Positions 1 to 10,711 of a stretch of DNA of 64,000 nucleotides are shown here, piece after piece (the stretch's first letter is position 1; each line of letters opens with the position of its first letter). The position numbers and the translations under genes are program-made. The notes beneath the pieces were generated by a model. The model saw nothing but the letters and a program-made list of their open reading frames with translations. It searched no databases and was not told the origin of the DNA. The stretch is from an uncultured Acidimicrobiia bacterium (GTDB lineage Bacteria; Acidobacteriota; Terriglobia; Versatilivoradales; Versatilivoraceae): contig CAWBAT010000006.1 of the NCBI GenBank assembly GCA_963786955.1, positions 544,001-608,000 on the forward strand, in the 5' to 3' direction.

Positions 1-220
1 GTTCATCTGCTCGTATATGGCAAGAAGCCTGAAAACATTTCAGAAGGGCGAGTCAATTTATTTGCAGCAATGGTTTTATTAGACTCCCAAGACGCAAATA
101 ATGCGTTGAAACCTCCACCGGGTCCCCTTTTTCATTCATTGGTTATTGTGCGAAGTGGGAGGATTTCTTTCATCGATGAGATTGCGAATTCTACCCGCTC
201 CCGAAAAGAGTTTGAGTTAT

Positions 221-332
221 TCCCCTCCGGCGGAGGGGTGTAGGGGTGGGTCGCCTTTTCTGATCCGTGGACTTGCTCAGACTAAGACACCCCCCCGCAA
301 CCTGCGCCTGCTGCCCCCTTCAAAGCGGGCCT
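221..332. repeat. GC-rich palindromic intergenic repeat (tcccctccggcggagggg...ggggtgggtc type)
   Basis: Hairpin cccctcc-ggc-ggagggg at 222-238 followed by a purine tract; related purine/pyrimidine hairpins occur at 340-356, 384-420 and 3938-3976. Confidence 0.6.
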
Positions 333-356
333 TTTTCAATTCCCCTCCGCCGGTGG

Positions 357-509
357 AAAGCTGTGAAGTAATTCAATTTTGGTTCCCCTCCTTGGATAAG
401 GAGGGGGCTAGGGGGTGGTCGTAAGTGTTGCTGGATTAGCCCCCTGTAGTCCCCCTTAACCAAGGGGGACACTTGCAGAGAAACATCGAACCAATTCATT
501 CACACCTCA
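357..509. mobile_element. MITE-like element with TIRs (aaagctgtgaagtaatt ... aattcattcacacctca) carrying cccctccttggataaggagggg hairpins
   Basis: Imperfect terminal inverted repeats; a diverged reverse-complement copy lies at 18328-18480. Confidence 0.6.
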
Positions 510-679
510 GGGATGCAATTAGAAATTCGTTTTTGTGCAAGGGAATGGACGCAGATCCGCCTTTTGGTGATTGGAGGGAAAGCTTCTTTTTACTGCAGGG
601 GCTTTATCAAAGCCCCTGCCATATCCGGCTTGTCATACTTTTTTCACGCATTCCTTCGACAACGGGGCGCTTAGATCTC

Positions 680-792
680 TTTGTGATATCTTTAAGAAAG
701 ATACTTTACTGGCTCACTTTTTGTGTGCTAATTTGCTCTCATTATTTTTCCAGAAAAATCATGCCTGCCTCATTTGTGATTCACTGAGTTCG
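680..792 (+). promoter_or_regulatory. Duplicated upstream element, copy 1
   Basis: Colinear with 4451-4561; shares ctttactggctcactttt, tttccagaa-aatcat, ctgcct and ctgagttcg; sits ~90 bp before the gene at 884. Confidence 0.65.
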
Positions 793-883
793 CGACTCCA
801 GGCCAGGTGACTCTTACTTTCGATTGACTGAACGTGGTCTTCCCTCGGGAAGCGGATTGTGCCCAATAAGAAGGAGATGGAAC

Positions 884-3782
884 GTGCCGGATATTGTATT
901 CACAAAGTCTGACATCCCATTTTGGGCGGCCGGGGACGGCGTACTGCGCCTTCACGCAACTATCCCTGATCTGACAAAGCAGCTTGTGCCGTCCAATAAA
1001 GATCTGTTTAGCCTGGATTTCAACTTTGGAGGAACCCAACTGTTTTCCATTGGTGCTTTCGATACCATGAAGCTGGGCATTAAGGCTGGCACGGATGTGA
1101 GCATCATCCCTTTGTGGCCATCAACATCTGCAGACCGCCTCAAGATAATTGATAACTACGGCCTCACAGGCTACTTCGCTCCCAACGTTCACGGTGATCG
1201 CCTGCTTCTCGTCTTAACAGTCGGTGCTAATGCTAATGTAAATCTAAGTACACGTTTTCAATACTCGATTTTAACTGCCAGTGCCTCGCTGGAGGCGGGG
1301 GCAGATGCAAGCTATGCATTGATCCGTTCCTATCCATCCACTACACCGGCAGTTAATCTGCTTACTGATTTTTTCAGGGCTTTTCGCCTGCCTGCAAATG
1401 TGACAGCGCCTCTCGACCAAGATGAGGTAATCGTCTTCGAATACGGTGGCTACCTCAACTTTAATGCGGGTCTTGCCATGGGCTATCGAATCAACGGCGC
1501 ACCTTCATTTGAAATCGGCCAACTGCAGCTTGCCGAAAGATATGCCTTCAGTGTGATGGGCTCGCTTAGACTCGGAGCCAGCGTTGCCGGACGGTTCAGA
1601 ATTGAAACACGAAACGGGTCGGGGGATGGCTGGGTACGGGTGATTGTTCGCAAGAGCCGTGCAGATGCAATCCGGGTGGCTGCACATGTATCGGCTTCAG
1701 TTAAATTCCAAAAGGAAGGGCTGCCAGAATCTGCCGACGATTTCCTCGGCGCGGTGATTGGGCTGAATGCAAAAAACTGGCTCAACATGTTCGCCCAGAT
1801 TCGTAAACTCACGGACTTCAACAACCTTGAGGGCTATTTGGACAATCTGGCCAAGTCATTCATCGAGGAATATACGGGGAAAACATTTCAGGCATTGGAA
1901 GACAAGACCCAATTGGATGAAGTGATTAATAAAATCGGCAGAGTGGTAGACGAATACAACAACCTCGGCGACCATGCTGTGGCGCTTTTTGACCGGTACT
2001 TACAACGTGGTGACGAAAGCAGTCGACAGCAAGCTAGACCAAGCACTTCGTACCATCAAGAATGCCGCTTCTTGGGACAACCTGAAGGGACGAATTGACG
2101 ATACCCTCTGGGATGTCGTCCAGCAATTGACAGATGGTGATCCACTCGGGTGGATGCTGGGCCATATCAATATCAACGGTCAAGAGATGAATTCGCTGGA
2201 CGAGCTCAAGAGTCGTGCCGACAAGGCCCTCGACCTCGTAAGAAATCTGGCGCATAAGGAGATAAAGGATCTCATTGCGCTGGCAAAATCAAAGTTTCCC
2301 TTGGACCATTTCATCCAAAAACTGGGGCATATCGACTGGCTTCAGCTAAAGAATATGACCGATCTGCGACTCACCGGCTTCGTTGAACGCCTGATTGGAC
2401 AATCCATTCAGAAACTCAGTAACTCAGAGTTAGGCGACGCGGTACGGAAATTTCATCAGGTGCTCGATTTAATCGACCAGTTCAAAAATACCTTCTACGA
2501 CAAACTCAAAGACACGTTCAATCAATCGTTTCAATTCCAGTTACATGCGGAGTATAGCCGGGCTAGTGAAAGAGATGCTCTCATCGACTTCGAGCTCGAT
2601 CTCACCACTGCGAAAGGCAAAGAACTGATGAAGCGTGCTGGTCACGGGGACTTTGCGGATGTGCTCGCGGGCTACGACACTGGCGTCGTCAAGCTCAAAC
2701 AGGGTATTTTGACGCACAAAGTCACGAGACAGAGTCAATTCGCGGTCAATATTGTGGGCTGGCACATGAACTGGCATTATCAAGGTCTCGACCGCTTGAT
2801 TATTGAAGCCGAGCAACGCATCCAAGCCGAGGCCGGCGGCCAGTTGACCATTAACACGAAGATGGACCTACAGAAGGAACGCGAACGGAAACGAAACGGA
2901 GAGCGTGTATATACCAACTTTCTCCTCCGATTCATGGGAGAATCGCGGGGCAAGCTCGAGTTTGACAAGGATAATCAGGCCTACCTGATCGATGTGATCA
3001 CACGAATGGGAGCCCGTTATAACCTTGTCTTTCAGGACCCAAACACAACAGCTCAGGAGCTATACCAGTACCTCAGCTTCGCCGATGACTTCGGCCTAGC
3101 CACTTCAGACGAGGCGGTTGAGGCCGCTCTCAAGCCCCTTCTACCGACTGACGCACAGGGCAATTTCGGAGAAGTCTCTATCTTTTACGATGTCCGCTTC
3201 ACCGAGGAGGGTCTGCGGTCGCTCTTCACTTCACCCTTCACTCAAGACGATGAGAGAAATCTTCGCCGCGTAATGCGTTTAATCGTGTTGGCTAACTACC
3301 TCAATGAAGGACCATTTATGGCTAGGCGCGGTTGGTGCTATTGGACACCAGGCATCCAGTCCATTTGGCAGACAGAGGGTGCAAACTTCACGAATCATTC
3401 CAATTTAGAATTCAAGCCAATTGCACCGTCTCCGCTCAGGAATCTAACGGCTCCGCTGAGCGTCACGCTCGATCGAGCTGGGCTCCAGCAGCTGGACACG
3501 CTTTACAGGATTGAGGAAAGCATGGTGAAAGGCGTGCGTAATCTCTCGAATCTCTTACAATCACCAGGTAAGTTGAACCCCCACGATCTGGAAAAAGCGC
3601 TCGGAGATTTCGGCAAGGCACTGACAATATATGATAATTTTGACGAAGGAGAGAATTCGATCTTCGGCATACTGGACAAGCTTATTCATCGAGATGCCGG
3701 TGACAAACCATACCGGAACTCCAGCCTCACTCTCACCTCAAGAGTGAACAATCAGAAGGTCACGAAGATGCTGATTGCTTAG
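884..3782 (+). CDS. Large hypothetical protein (~965 aa), split by one frameshift near 2000
   Basis: AAGGAG at 871-876 precedes GTG 884. ORFs 824..2098 and 1974..3782 join (…LFDRY/YNVVTKAV…) if one T at ~2000 is removed. No motif recognised. Confidence 0.75.
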
Positions 3783-3864
3783 ACCTGACCTAGCCTGAGT
3801 GCTTAACTCCATCAGCTCGCAGCAATCACCGTAGCCGGGCACGTTCCCACTTGGTGGACTTAAT

Positions 3865-3976
3865 CTCCCTCTCCCCAACGCGGGAGAGGGCGGTCCGTCT
3901 TTCGGCGGACCGGGTGAGGGAATTTCAATCTTCATAGCTCCCCTCCTGTGTTTAAGGAGGGGATACAGGGGTGGTA
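3865..3976. repeat. Two adjacent palindromic intergenic repeats (ccctctccc..gggagaggg..gggtgaggg and cccctcct..aggagggg..ggggtggt)
   Basis: Hairpins visible directly; same families recur at 384-420, 9544-9583 and 47679-47723. Confidence 0.6.
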
Positions 3977-4111
3977 AGTTTTGCCTTTGGGAGGCAGGCA
4001 TCCTACCGGCTTATTATTACTAACACCCCCTAAAACCGATTCACACAATTCAATCCCTGGTCTTATTCCATCCCTCAGCAACTCCATCCATCCCACCAGA
4101 AAAAATAGCGA

Positions 4112-4138
4112 TGAAATGTTTCGGCAGGAAATGTCATA
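4112..4138 (+). promoter_or_regulatory. Putative ECF-sigma promoter TGAAAT-N17-CATA
   Basis: Same motif and spacing at 10617-10643 and 12674-12700, all intergenic or gene-proximal in an ECF-encoding island. Confidence 0.55.
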
Positions 4139-4274
4139 CATCAATGTAATGGGTAAGCACCTAGGCAAATGACTATTGGATTTGACCCCGGTGTTCTATC
4201 CGTGCCATCCCATTAAACCGAGAGCCTTGAAAGCAATTCGGTTGCCGTAAACTGCACAAAATGAAGGAGGGAAT

Positions 4275-4466
4275 ATGCCCACTTGGCCAATAGTACTCAT
4301 AATTTTCACTGCCGAAACCCTCTTCCAGGTCTTGTTTTTTCAATGGAATCTTCTTCATTCAGTAAGTCGGCCCGAGGTTGTACGTCTTAGCTATGTACAC
4401 AATGTCAAGAAACCGGGCAGGATTGTCTCAAAAGCTGAGATCAAAAACTATTTGCGATGTCAATAA
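4275..4466 (+). CDS. Possible small protein (63 aa) with hydrophobic N-terminus
   Basis: Strong RBS AAGGAGG just upstream of ATG 4275 and downstream of the ECF-like promoter; no homology recognised. Confidence 0.35.
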   Translation: MPTWPIVLIIFTAETLFQVLFFQWNLLHSVSRPEVVRLSYVHNVKKPGRIVSKAEIKNYLRCQ

Positions 4467-4561
4467 AAAAGTTCTTTACTGGCTCACTTTTCATGTGATA
4501 GCTTACACACATAATATTTCCAGAATAATCATATCTGCCTTTCCCTTATTTGCTGAGTTCG
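4451..4561 (+). promoter_or_regulatory. Duplicated upstream element, copy 2
   Basis: Colinear with 680-792; lies upstream of the clostripain gene. Confidence 0.65.
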
Positions 4562-4844
4562 TGTTTTACGGCTAGGGTGCCCACACAACGATGAAATGAA
4601 TTCGCCCGACCAGCGGCGATTCCGCATTGCTCTAAGTGCACAACCTCAGCCTGCTTACAGGACCACTCTCTCAAGTGGAGAGCGAGCAATGAGGCACCTT
4701 TTCGGCTGACGAGGCATTAGCAAGGCTTTCCTCGCAAAGTACTTGGATTCGGTCACCATCACCTGTTTGGCTTTACTTTCAAAAAGTGCTCATTCATCAG
4801 AATGGGCATTATCTAACATCTATTGACATGAAGGAGTTAAAAAC

Positions 4845-6521
4845 ATGAGTAACGGCAAGAAAGAAAAAAAAGACTGGTTGGTCATGGTTTACTTGGCGGG
4901 TGGAAGGGACGTCAGTGATGAAGCTCTTGAAAGCCTGCTGCGGATGAAGCACGTTGGATCGACAAAGAACGTCGACGTTATCGCGCAGTTCGATTCAGGA
5001 AGCGAAGGCACATTTACTAAGCGATATGAGCTCAAACCTATCGAGAATGCCCTGGATACCAAAACCGTCTTGCTACAGGCCTGCTCAGAACTTCACGATT
5101 CTACCGATCCCTCCGACTACACACTGGCTACATTTTACTTTGAACGCTTGATGAATATTTTACCTGACGGACTGAGGAAGAACTTTCAGAGCAAGCATCA
5201 AGCAAAAGAAATGATCGAATTACTGAAGCATTATCCTTACGGGTTTAAGAATTTAATCCTTGACTTCATCTTGGATGCGGATGTAGTCGGTAACATCGGA
5301 GACACAAATGCCGGCGACCCGAACATTTTCGGGGAATTTGTTCAATGGGCAAAGGAGAACTATCCTTCTCATTACACCCTGGTCATTATTTGGGGCCACG
5401 GCAGCGGCCTTTCTGTTGCATGGGATTTTCCCGCTCCGCAATCCTCTGCTTCCCCGGAAGCTCTAACTATTAGAGATCTTTCAACTGCCCTTAGCAGGAT
5501 CAAAACCCACTACGACCCCCGTGAGAGACCCAAAATTGCAAAGGGCAAAAAGGAGAACGATACCAATGGGATGCCCATAGTTGATATTTTGGGATTCAAT
5601 TCGTGCTCGTTAGGAATGATCGAGGTTTACCGTCAGCTACAGAAGTTCGTGACTTACGGTGTGGCATCCGAAGGATTTACTCCCAAAACCAGTTGGCCTT
5701 ATGAAAAGATCCTGAAAGCACTTAACGATGAACCTGAAATGGTACCAGATGCTTTCGCCATGAAAATTGTCGACGAATACATCAACTTCTACGAAGAATC
5801 GGTGGAAGCGACTGAACGACGTCAATCAGCACTACGCAAAATTGGGATACGAGACTTGAATGCGGGTTTAGACTTGAATAAGAGGCCCGCTCTGTCCAAG
5901 GGACCTGGTTTGTCAAAGGGACCCGGCTTGTCCAAAGGACCTGGCTTGTCCAAGGGACCCGGCTTGTCCAAGGGACCTGGCTTGGGTCCAGAGGGGGAAC
6001 CAGAACTGAGAGGCATTGATCTTTCCGTGTGCAAATTAGTGGAAAGCATAAAAGTTGAAGAAAAAATGACAAAACTGGTGGAATTGCTGCTCAAAAAGCT
6101 GCAACCGAAATTGGATCACGGCGTCTTTGGCGCCATTCTGGCCGCACATGCTATCAGCCAATCGTATTTCAACAAGGACTTTACAGATTTATATGATTTT
6201 TGCCGAGTTCTGAAAAGTTTCGGTGTTAATCAGGATATTGAGAAAGCTTGTGAAGACGTCATGGGAGCAATAACCAAAATGCGCATAAAAAATAAGAAAA
6301 ATTATGTTGGCGATGATGTCCAGAATTCAAACGGGGTTTCAATCTATTTCCCCTGGGACGATTGGGAAAGAAAAGATGTGCTTAGCAAGTATAATGAGAA
6401 TAATCTAGAATTTCTTAAGAATACAAATTGGCATACTTTCCTCGAAACTTACCGAGATTTGGTGCACAAGCTCGAGGAAAAAAAAGACCCCTTCTTGCTC
6501 TCTCTTGCGCAACATCCCTAA
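4845..6521 (+). CDS. Clostripain-family (peptidase C11, clan CD) cysteine protease, no signal peptide
   Basis: WLVMVYLAG N-terminal strand, DTNAGDP, IIWGHGSG (His), ILGFNSCSLGMIEV (Cys), VASEG, DLYDF, SNGVSIYFP; RBS AAGGAG. Confidence 0.88.
   Translation: MSNGKKEKKDWLVMVYLAGGRDVSDEALESLLRMKHVGSTKNVDVIAQFDSGSEGTFTKRYELKPIENALDTKTVLLQACSELHDSTDPSDYTLATFYFERLMNILPDGLRKNFQSKHQAKEMIELLKHYPYGFKNLILDFILDADVVGNIGDTNAGDPNIFGEFVQWAKENYPSHYTLVIIWGHGSGLSVAWDFPAPQSSASPEALTIRDLSTALSRIKTHYDPRERPKIAKGKKENDTNGMPIVDILGFNSCSLGMIEVYRQLQKFVTYGVASEGFTPKTSWPYEKILKALNDEPEMVPDAFAMKIVDEYINFYEESVEATERRQSALRKIGIRDLNAGLDLNKRPALSKGPGLSKGPGLSKGPGLSKGPGLSKGPGLGPEGEPELRGIDLSVCKLVESIKVEEKMTKLVELLLKKLQPKLDHGVFGAILAAHAISQSYFNKDFTDLYDFCRVLKSFGVNQDIEKACEDVMGAITKMRIKNKKNYVGDDVQNSNGVSIYFPWDDWERKDVLSKYNENNLEFLKNTNWHTFLETYRDLVHKLEEKKDPFLLSLAQHP
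5892..5981 (+). repeat. Five in-frame 18-bp tandem repeats encoding LSKGPG
   Basis: ctgtccaagggacctggt / ttgtcaaagggacccggc / ttgtccaaaggacctggc / ttgtccaagggacccggc / ttgtccaagggacctggc. Confidence 0.95.
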
Positions 6522-6733
6522 AAGGGTAGAAACCCTTAACTAGGTTAATGGTTGAACTCGAATTGTCAGTTGGCTAACTCTCGTTGACAGTCATTTTGCT
6601 AAGGGCCGGTTGGAGAAGTGTGTTGCATCTGTCTTCAGCTGTAAATCGATGCCTTACTTTAAACGAATTGCAGGCAAGACGCCTACAACATAAACTAAAA
6701 AAGGATGATTTCTTCAAACAGCCTCCTATCCCT

Positions 6734-9700
6734 ATGGGACGCCCTCCATGGGTCAGTTGGAGCAAACAGTTGCCTAAACTTGAACAGAGGTACAGAAAAG
6801 CGCTGGGGTGGCTGGTCACATCTGCGGCCTATTTTTTTTTGTTGGTACCCGCCTCCGTCTTTTCATTCTCCCGAAGTGAAGCCTCATCACGCCCTGAACC
6901 GAACTTAGGACGTCATGTAGATTCTCCAATTGAAAAAGATCATCAAACTTCTCGGGCGTTATTCCTTGGAACAACGATAGAGAAGGTCCTGCTAGAAAAC
7001 GATAGCCAAAGCTATCCTTTGGAACTTTTGCAGGGAGTATTCTGTCGCACGGATATGTATTCTACCAATCACAATTTAATTGTATCCGTCGCTTGGCCTA
7101 ACCATCAAAAATCGATGGAATGGAACGTTCCGAGACGCGTTCTTACACCCGTTTCATGGATTGCCGATGATCCAGGAATCTACCTGTTGGAGGTTCGTCC
7201 CTCCGGGGTAGGACGAGCCTCCGGTGACTATCGCTTAGAAATAACGGGGTTCAGGAAAGCTTCCGAACAAGACCAAAAGCAAGTGATTGCGTCTCGAATG
7301 CTTTCTGAAGCGGAACAGCTCCGTCAACAGTGGAATAAAGAGTCTCTCCTAAACGCCATTCGCAAGTACGAAGCGGCATTTGGAGTCTGGCAAGCTATTG
7401 CAGACCAGCAGCTACAAGCTGCAACGCTTAGAAGCATCGGCGAAGTATGGGAAATCTTCTCCGAAGAAGAAAAGGCTCTCAATTGCTTTACCAGTGCCCA
7501 GAAATTGTACAAAGGCCTGAATGACAAAAAGGAGGAAATCGCTACTCTGAACACCATTGCTGGTTCATATATTTATAGAGGAGAAAATCAAAAGGCTCTC
7601 GATATTTCCAAGCTGACCTTGGATATGATGAGGACAGTCAGTGATAGCTTGGAAAATGCCCAGGCGTTTCACAACCTAGGTGCTGCTTACTATGGTATGA
7701 ATGACATGCGAAAAGCGAAGGAGGCTCTAAATGAGGCCTTGCGACTCCGCCAGGAAATGTCAGATCCTTCCGGGCAAGCCGAAACTATTTTATACTTGGG
7801 TTACATTCAACATGCTCTTAAGAATACCGTTGAGGCCGAGGAATATTATCAACAATCTCTCAGTATCTGGCGTGAATTAAGGAACCCGAGAGGAGAAGCT
7901 CTCGTACTAGTCGCGCTTGGACACCTTTCCAACATACTTGGAGACAGCCAAAAGGCCCTCGGCTTTTACAATCAGTCTATTGGAATTTTCCAATGTATTG
8001 GGGAAAAAACGGGTCAGGGCACTGCCCTTGTGGGGGTCGCATGGCTTTATACTGCTTTGGGCGAAAAAGAAAGGGGTCTTGTTTTTTATTTGCAGGCTCT
8101 GGATCTGATACGGCACGTAAAAGATGTGGCATTGGAAGGACAAACTCTTGACTTCATCAGTAGCATCTATGCGGATATGGGAGATTATAAGACCGCGTTG
8201 ACATATTCCCAGCAGTCTGTTCAAGTCAACCGGAAAATATCTTCAGCCTTGGGGGAATCCTATGCGCTGGCAGACATGGGCAAGATTTATGAATCTTTAG
8301 GGATGAAAACCGAAGCGATAAGAAATTATCGTCATGGCCTTGAGTTGTCCCAAAAGGGAGGAGATCGCCACTTGGAAGGACTTTTGCTCAACGCAATTGG
8401 TCACAACTTTCACGACTCGGGACAGATAACGAAGGCGCTGCCTTACTACCAGCAGGCTCTCAGATTACAGCAAGATTCTAAGGATGCGGTTCGCCAACCT
8501 TCCACACTTTACAACCTAGCTCGGGCGGAGCGTGATATTGGGAACCTTGAGCAGGCCATTCGCTATGCTGAACAGGCATTGGAAATCACCGAGTCTTTGC
8601 GAGGCAAAGTCGCAAGCCGCGATTTACGCTCCTCGTTTGTCGCCTCCGTACATCAACAATACGAATTAACCATTGATCTTCTCATGCAAATGCATCGGCT
8701 GCATCCGTCAGAGGGTTACGCAGCCAGGGCATTTGGTATCAGCGAACGAGCACGCGCCCGTTCGCTGCTGGAGAGCCTTGCTGAGACCGGCAGCGATATT
8801 CGAACTGCTGCCAGCCCCTGCCCTCCTGGAACGACGCGGGCAATTGCAAATTTATTGAACACCAAAGCGGAACAACAGATGCAATCCTCAGAAAAAAAGT
8901 CCAATGGGACCAAAGATGCAGCCCTTACTCTCGAGATTGACAAACTCACTACCCAATACCAACAAGTCCAAGGCCAGATCCGCTCTGAGAGTCCCCACTA
9001 TTCCAGCTCTGGCTCAATTGCAGCCTTTAAGCTTAAAGAAGTCCAGGAGCTAATCCTCGATGACGGCAGTCTCTCTTGCTGGAATTCGCTCTGGGAGACG
9101 ATCAGAGTTATCTATGGGCGGTAACAAAGACAGGGATGACTTGTCATCAATTGCCAAAGCGTACAGTAATCGATCAAACAGCTCGGCTTCTCTATGGCCT
9201 GCTCACTGCTCGCCATCCTACGCCAGATGAAACACCCAAACAGTATCAGGCCAGAGTCAAAGATTCTGATGTTCAATACTAGGACGCAGGCGGCTGCATT
9301 GAGCCAGCTGTTGTTGGGACCTGTGGCCGACCAATTAGGAAGCCGCAGATTACTCATCGTTGCTGAAGGTGCTTTGCAATATGTGCCGTTTGGAGCGTTG
9401 CCGTGTCCGAAGGAACAAGGAACAGGGAGCATGGAGCAAGGGGGAACGGGCCCAGAGGACCAAGGGACAAGCGGTAGAATAAAGGGTCAAGATTCAAGGG
9501 AGAAGGGTCAGGCCAAAGAACTGAAACTGCAGGGCGACAATTACCCCTCACCCCACCCCTCTCCTCCTGTTTGGGACGAGGGAGGAAGGCCTCTAGTTAT
9601 TGACCACGAAATTGTCAATCTGCCGTCGGCTTCGGCACTAGCTATGTTGCGCAAGGAGACTGTCAACCGCCAGCCAGCCAGCAGGTCAGTGGCCGTATTG

Positions 9701-10444
9701 GCTGATCCAGTCTTCGAAGCAGATGACCCACGGGTCTCGGGCCGCGGAGTGCCTAGGCAAAGTCCAAAGCCGACCATAGTGTCTCATCGCAAGTCTACGG
9801 CAGCAACTCTCAGTGATCTTCAACTTTCTCTGCGGGACGTCGGGATGCTCCAGGGTGGCTTGGGCATCCCTCGGCTACTTTCCACTCGCCAGGAAGCTGA
9901 AGGTATTCTGTCTGTAAGTCTCTCAGGGACTTGCCTGAAGGCAGTCGATTTCAAAGCCAGCCGTGAGACCGCCGTAAGTCTTGAATTAAGCCAATTCCGA
10001 ATCGTTCATTTCGCCACTCATGGCCTTTTGAACAACCAGCATCCGGAACTCTCCGGCCTGGTCTTATCGCTAGTAGACGAACAGGGGAAACCCCAAAACG
10101 GTTTCCTTCGACTGCATGATATTTACAATCTAAATCTACCAGCCGATCTGGTCGTGCTGAGCGCGTGCAACACGGGCCTGGGCAAGGATATTAAAGGGGA
10201 AGGGTTAGTCGGCATTGTCCGTGGCTTCATGTACGCCGGCGCAGCCCGGGTAGTCGCCAGTCTATGGAAGGTGGATGATGAAGCCACGGCGGAATTAATG
10301 AAAAGATTTTATCAGCAGATGTTTCAGGAACGCCTTTCGCCTGCCGCGGCTCTGCGAGTTGCTCAGGTCGAGTTATCGCAACAGAAAAAGTGGCGCTCGC
10401 CTTATTATTGGGCAGGTTTTGTGCTCCAAGGGGAATGGAAGTGA
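6734..10444 (+). CDS. TPR-repeat CHAT-domain (caspase-like, clan CD) protease; frameshifts at ~9070 and ~9280; start uncertain
   Basis: Hydrophobic N-terminal segment, about ten TPR-like repeats, SERARARSLLE, LEFALGDDQSYLWAVT, VAVLADPVF, IVHFATHG (His), LVVLSACNTG (Cys), SLWKVDD, SPYYWAGFVLQGEW. Confidence 0.92.
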
Positions 10445-10616
10445 TTGTAATGTGTCAGCTTGTTTCCTTTTTGAAAGTCACCACCCGCTCATCCCCCCAG
10501 TTCAACAACTTCTCGTACGCTTAAGAATTAGTCCAATCAATGAGAGTTAGCGCTGGTCGGTATTCCTGCTTGCTTCCCTTTACCCACCTCCTTTATCCAG
10601 TTTTCTTGAATACTTG

Positions 10617-10643
10617 TGAAATGTTTTGCTGCCGCGACTCATT
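10617..10643 (+). promoter_or_regulatory. Putative ECF-sigma promoter TGAAAT-N17-CATT upstream of the kinase
   Basis: Matches the motif at 4112 and 12674; ends ~70 bp before ATG 10712. Confidence 0.55.
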
Positions 10644-10711
10644 ACCAAATGAAGAAGGTAATACGCCGATAGCTGATCAGAAGCTATCGGATAAGATCAG
10701 AGGTAAGAGCC

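Noticed and set aside
710-724. sigma54 promoter TGGCTCACTTTTTGT in the duplicated element
   Set aside because: It lacks the -12 GC, and copy 2 (TGGCTCACTTTTCAT) deviates further.
473-787. Paralogous small peptides (…LYWLTF…) in ORFs 473..787 and 4378..4575
   Set aside because: Similarity comes from the duplicated DNA element; changes are mostly non-synonymous and there is no good RBS.
884-3782. Bacterial gasdermin next to CHAT/clostripain
   Set aside because: Far larger than known bacterial gasdermins and no recognisable motif; left as an orphan.
5892-5981. CRISPR or phase-variable VNTR
   Set aside because: No spacers, in-frame 18-mers and silent-only variation; it is a protein repeat.
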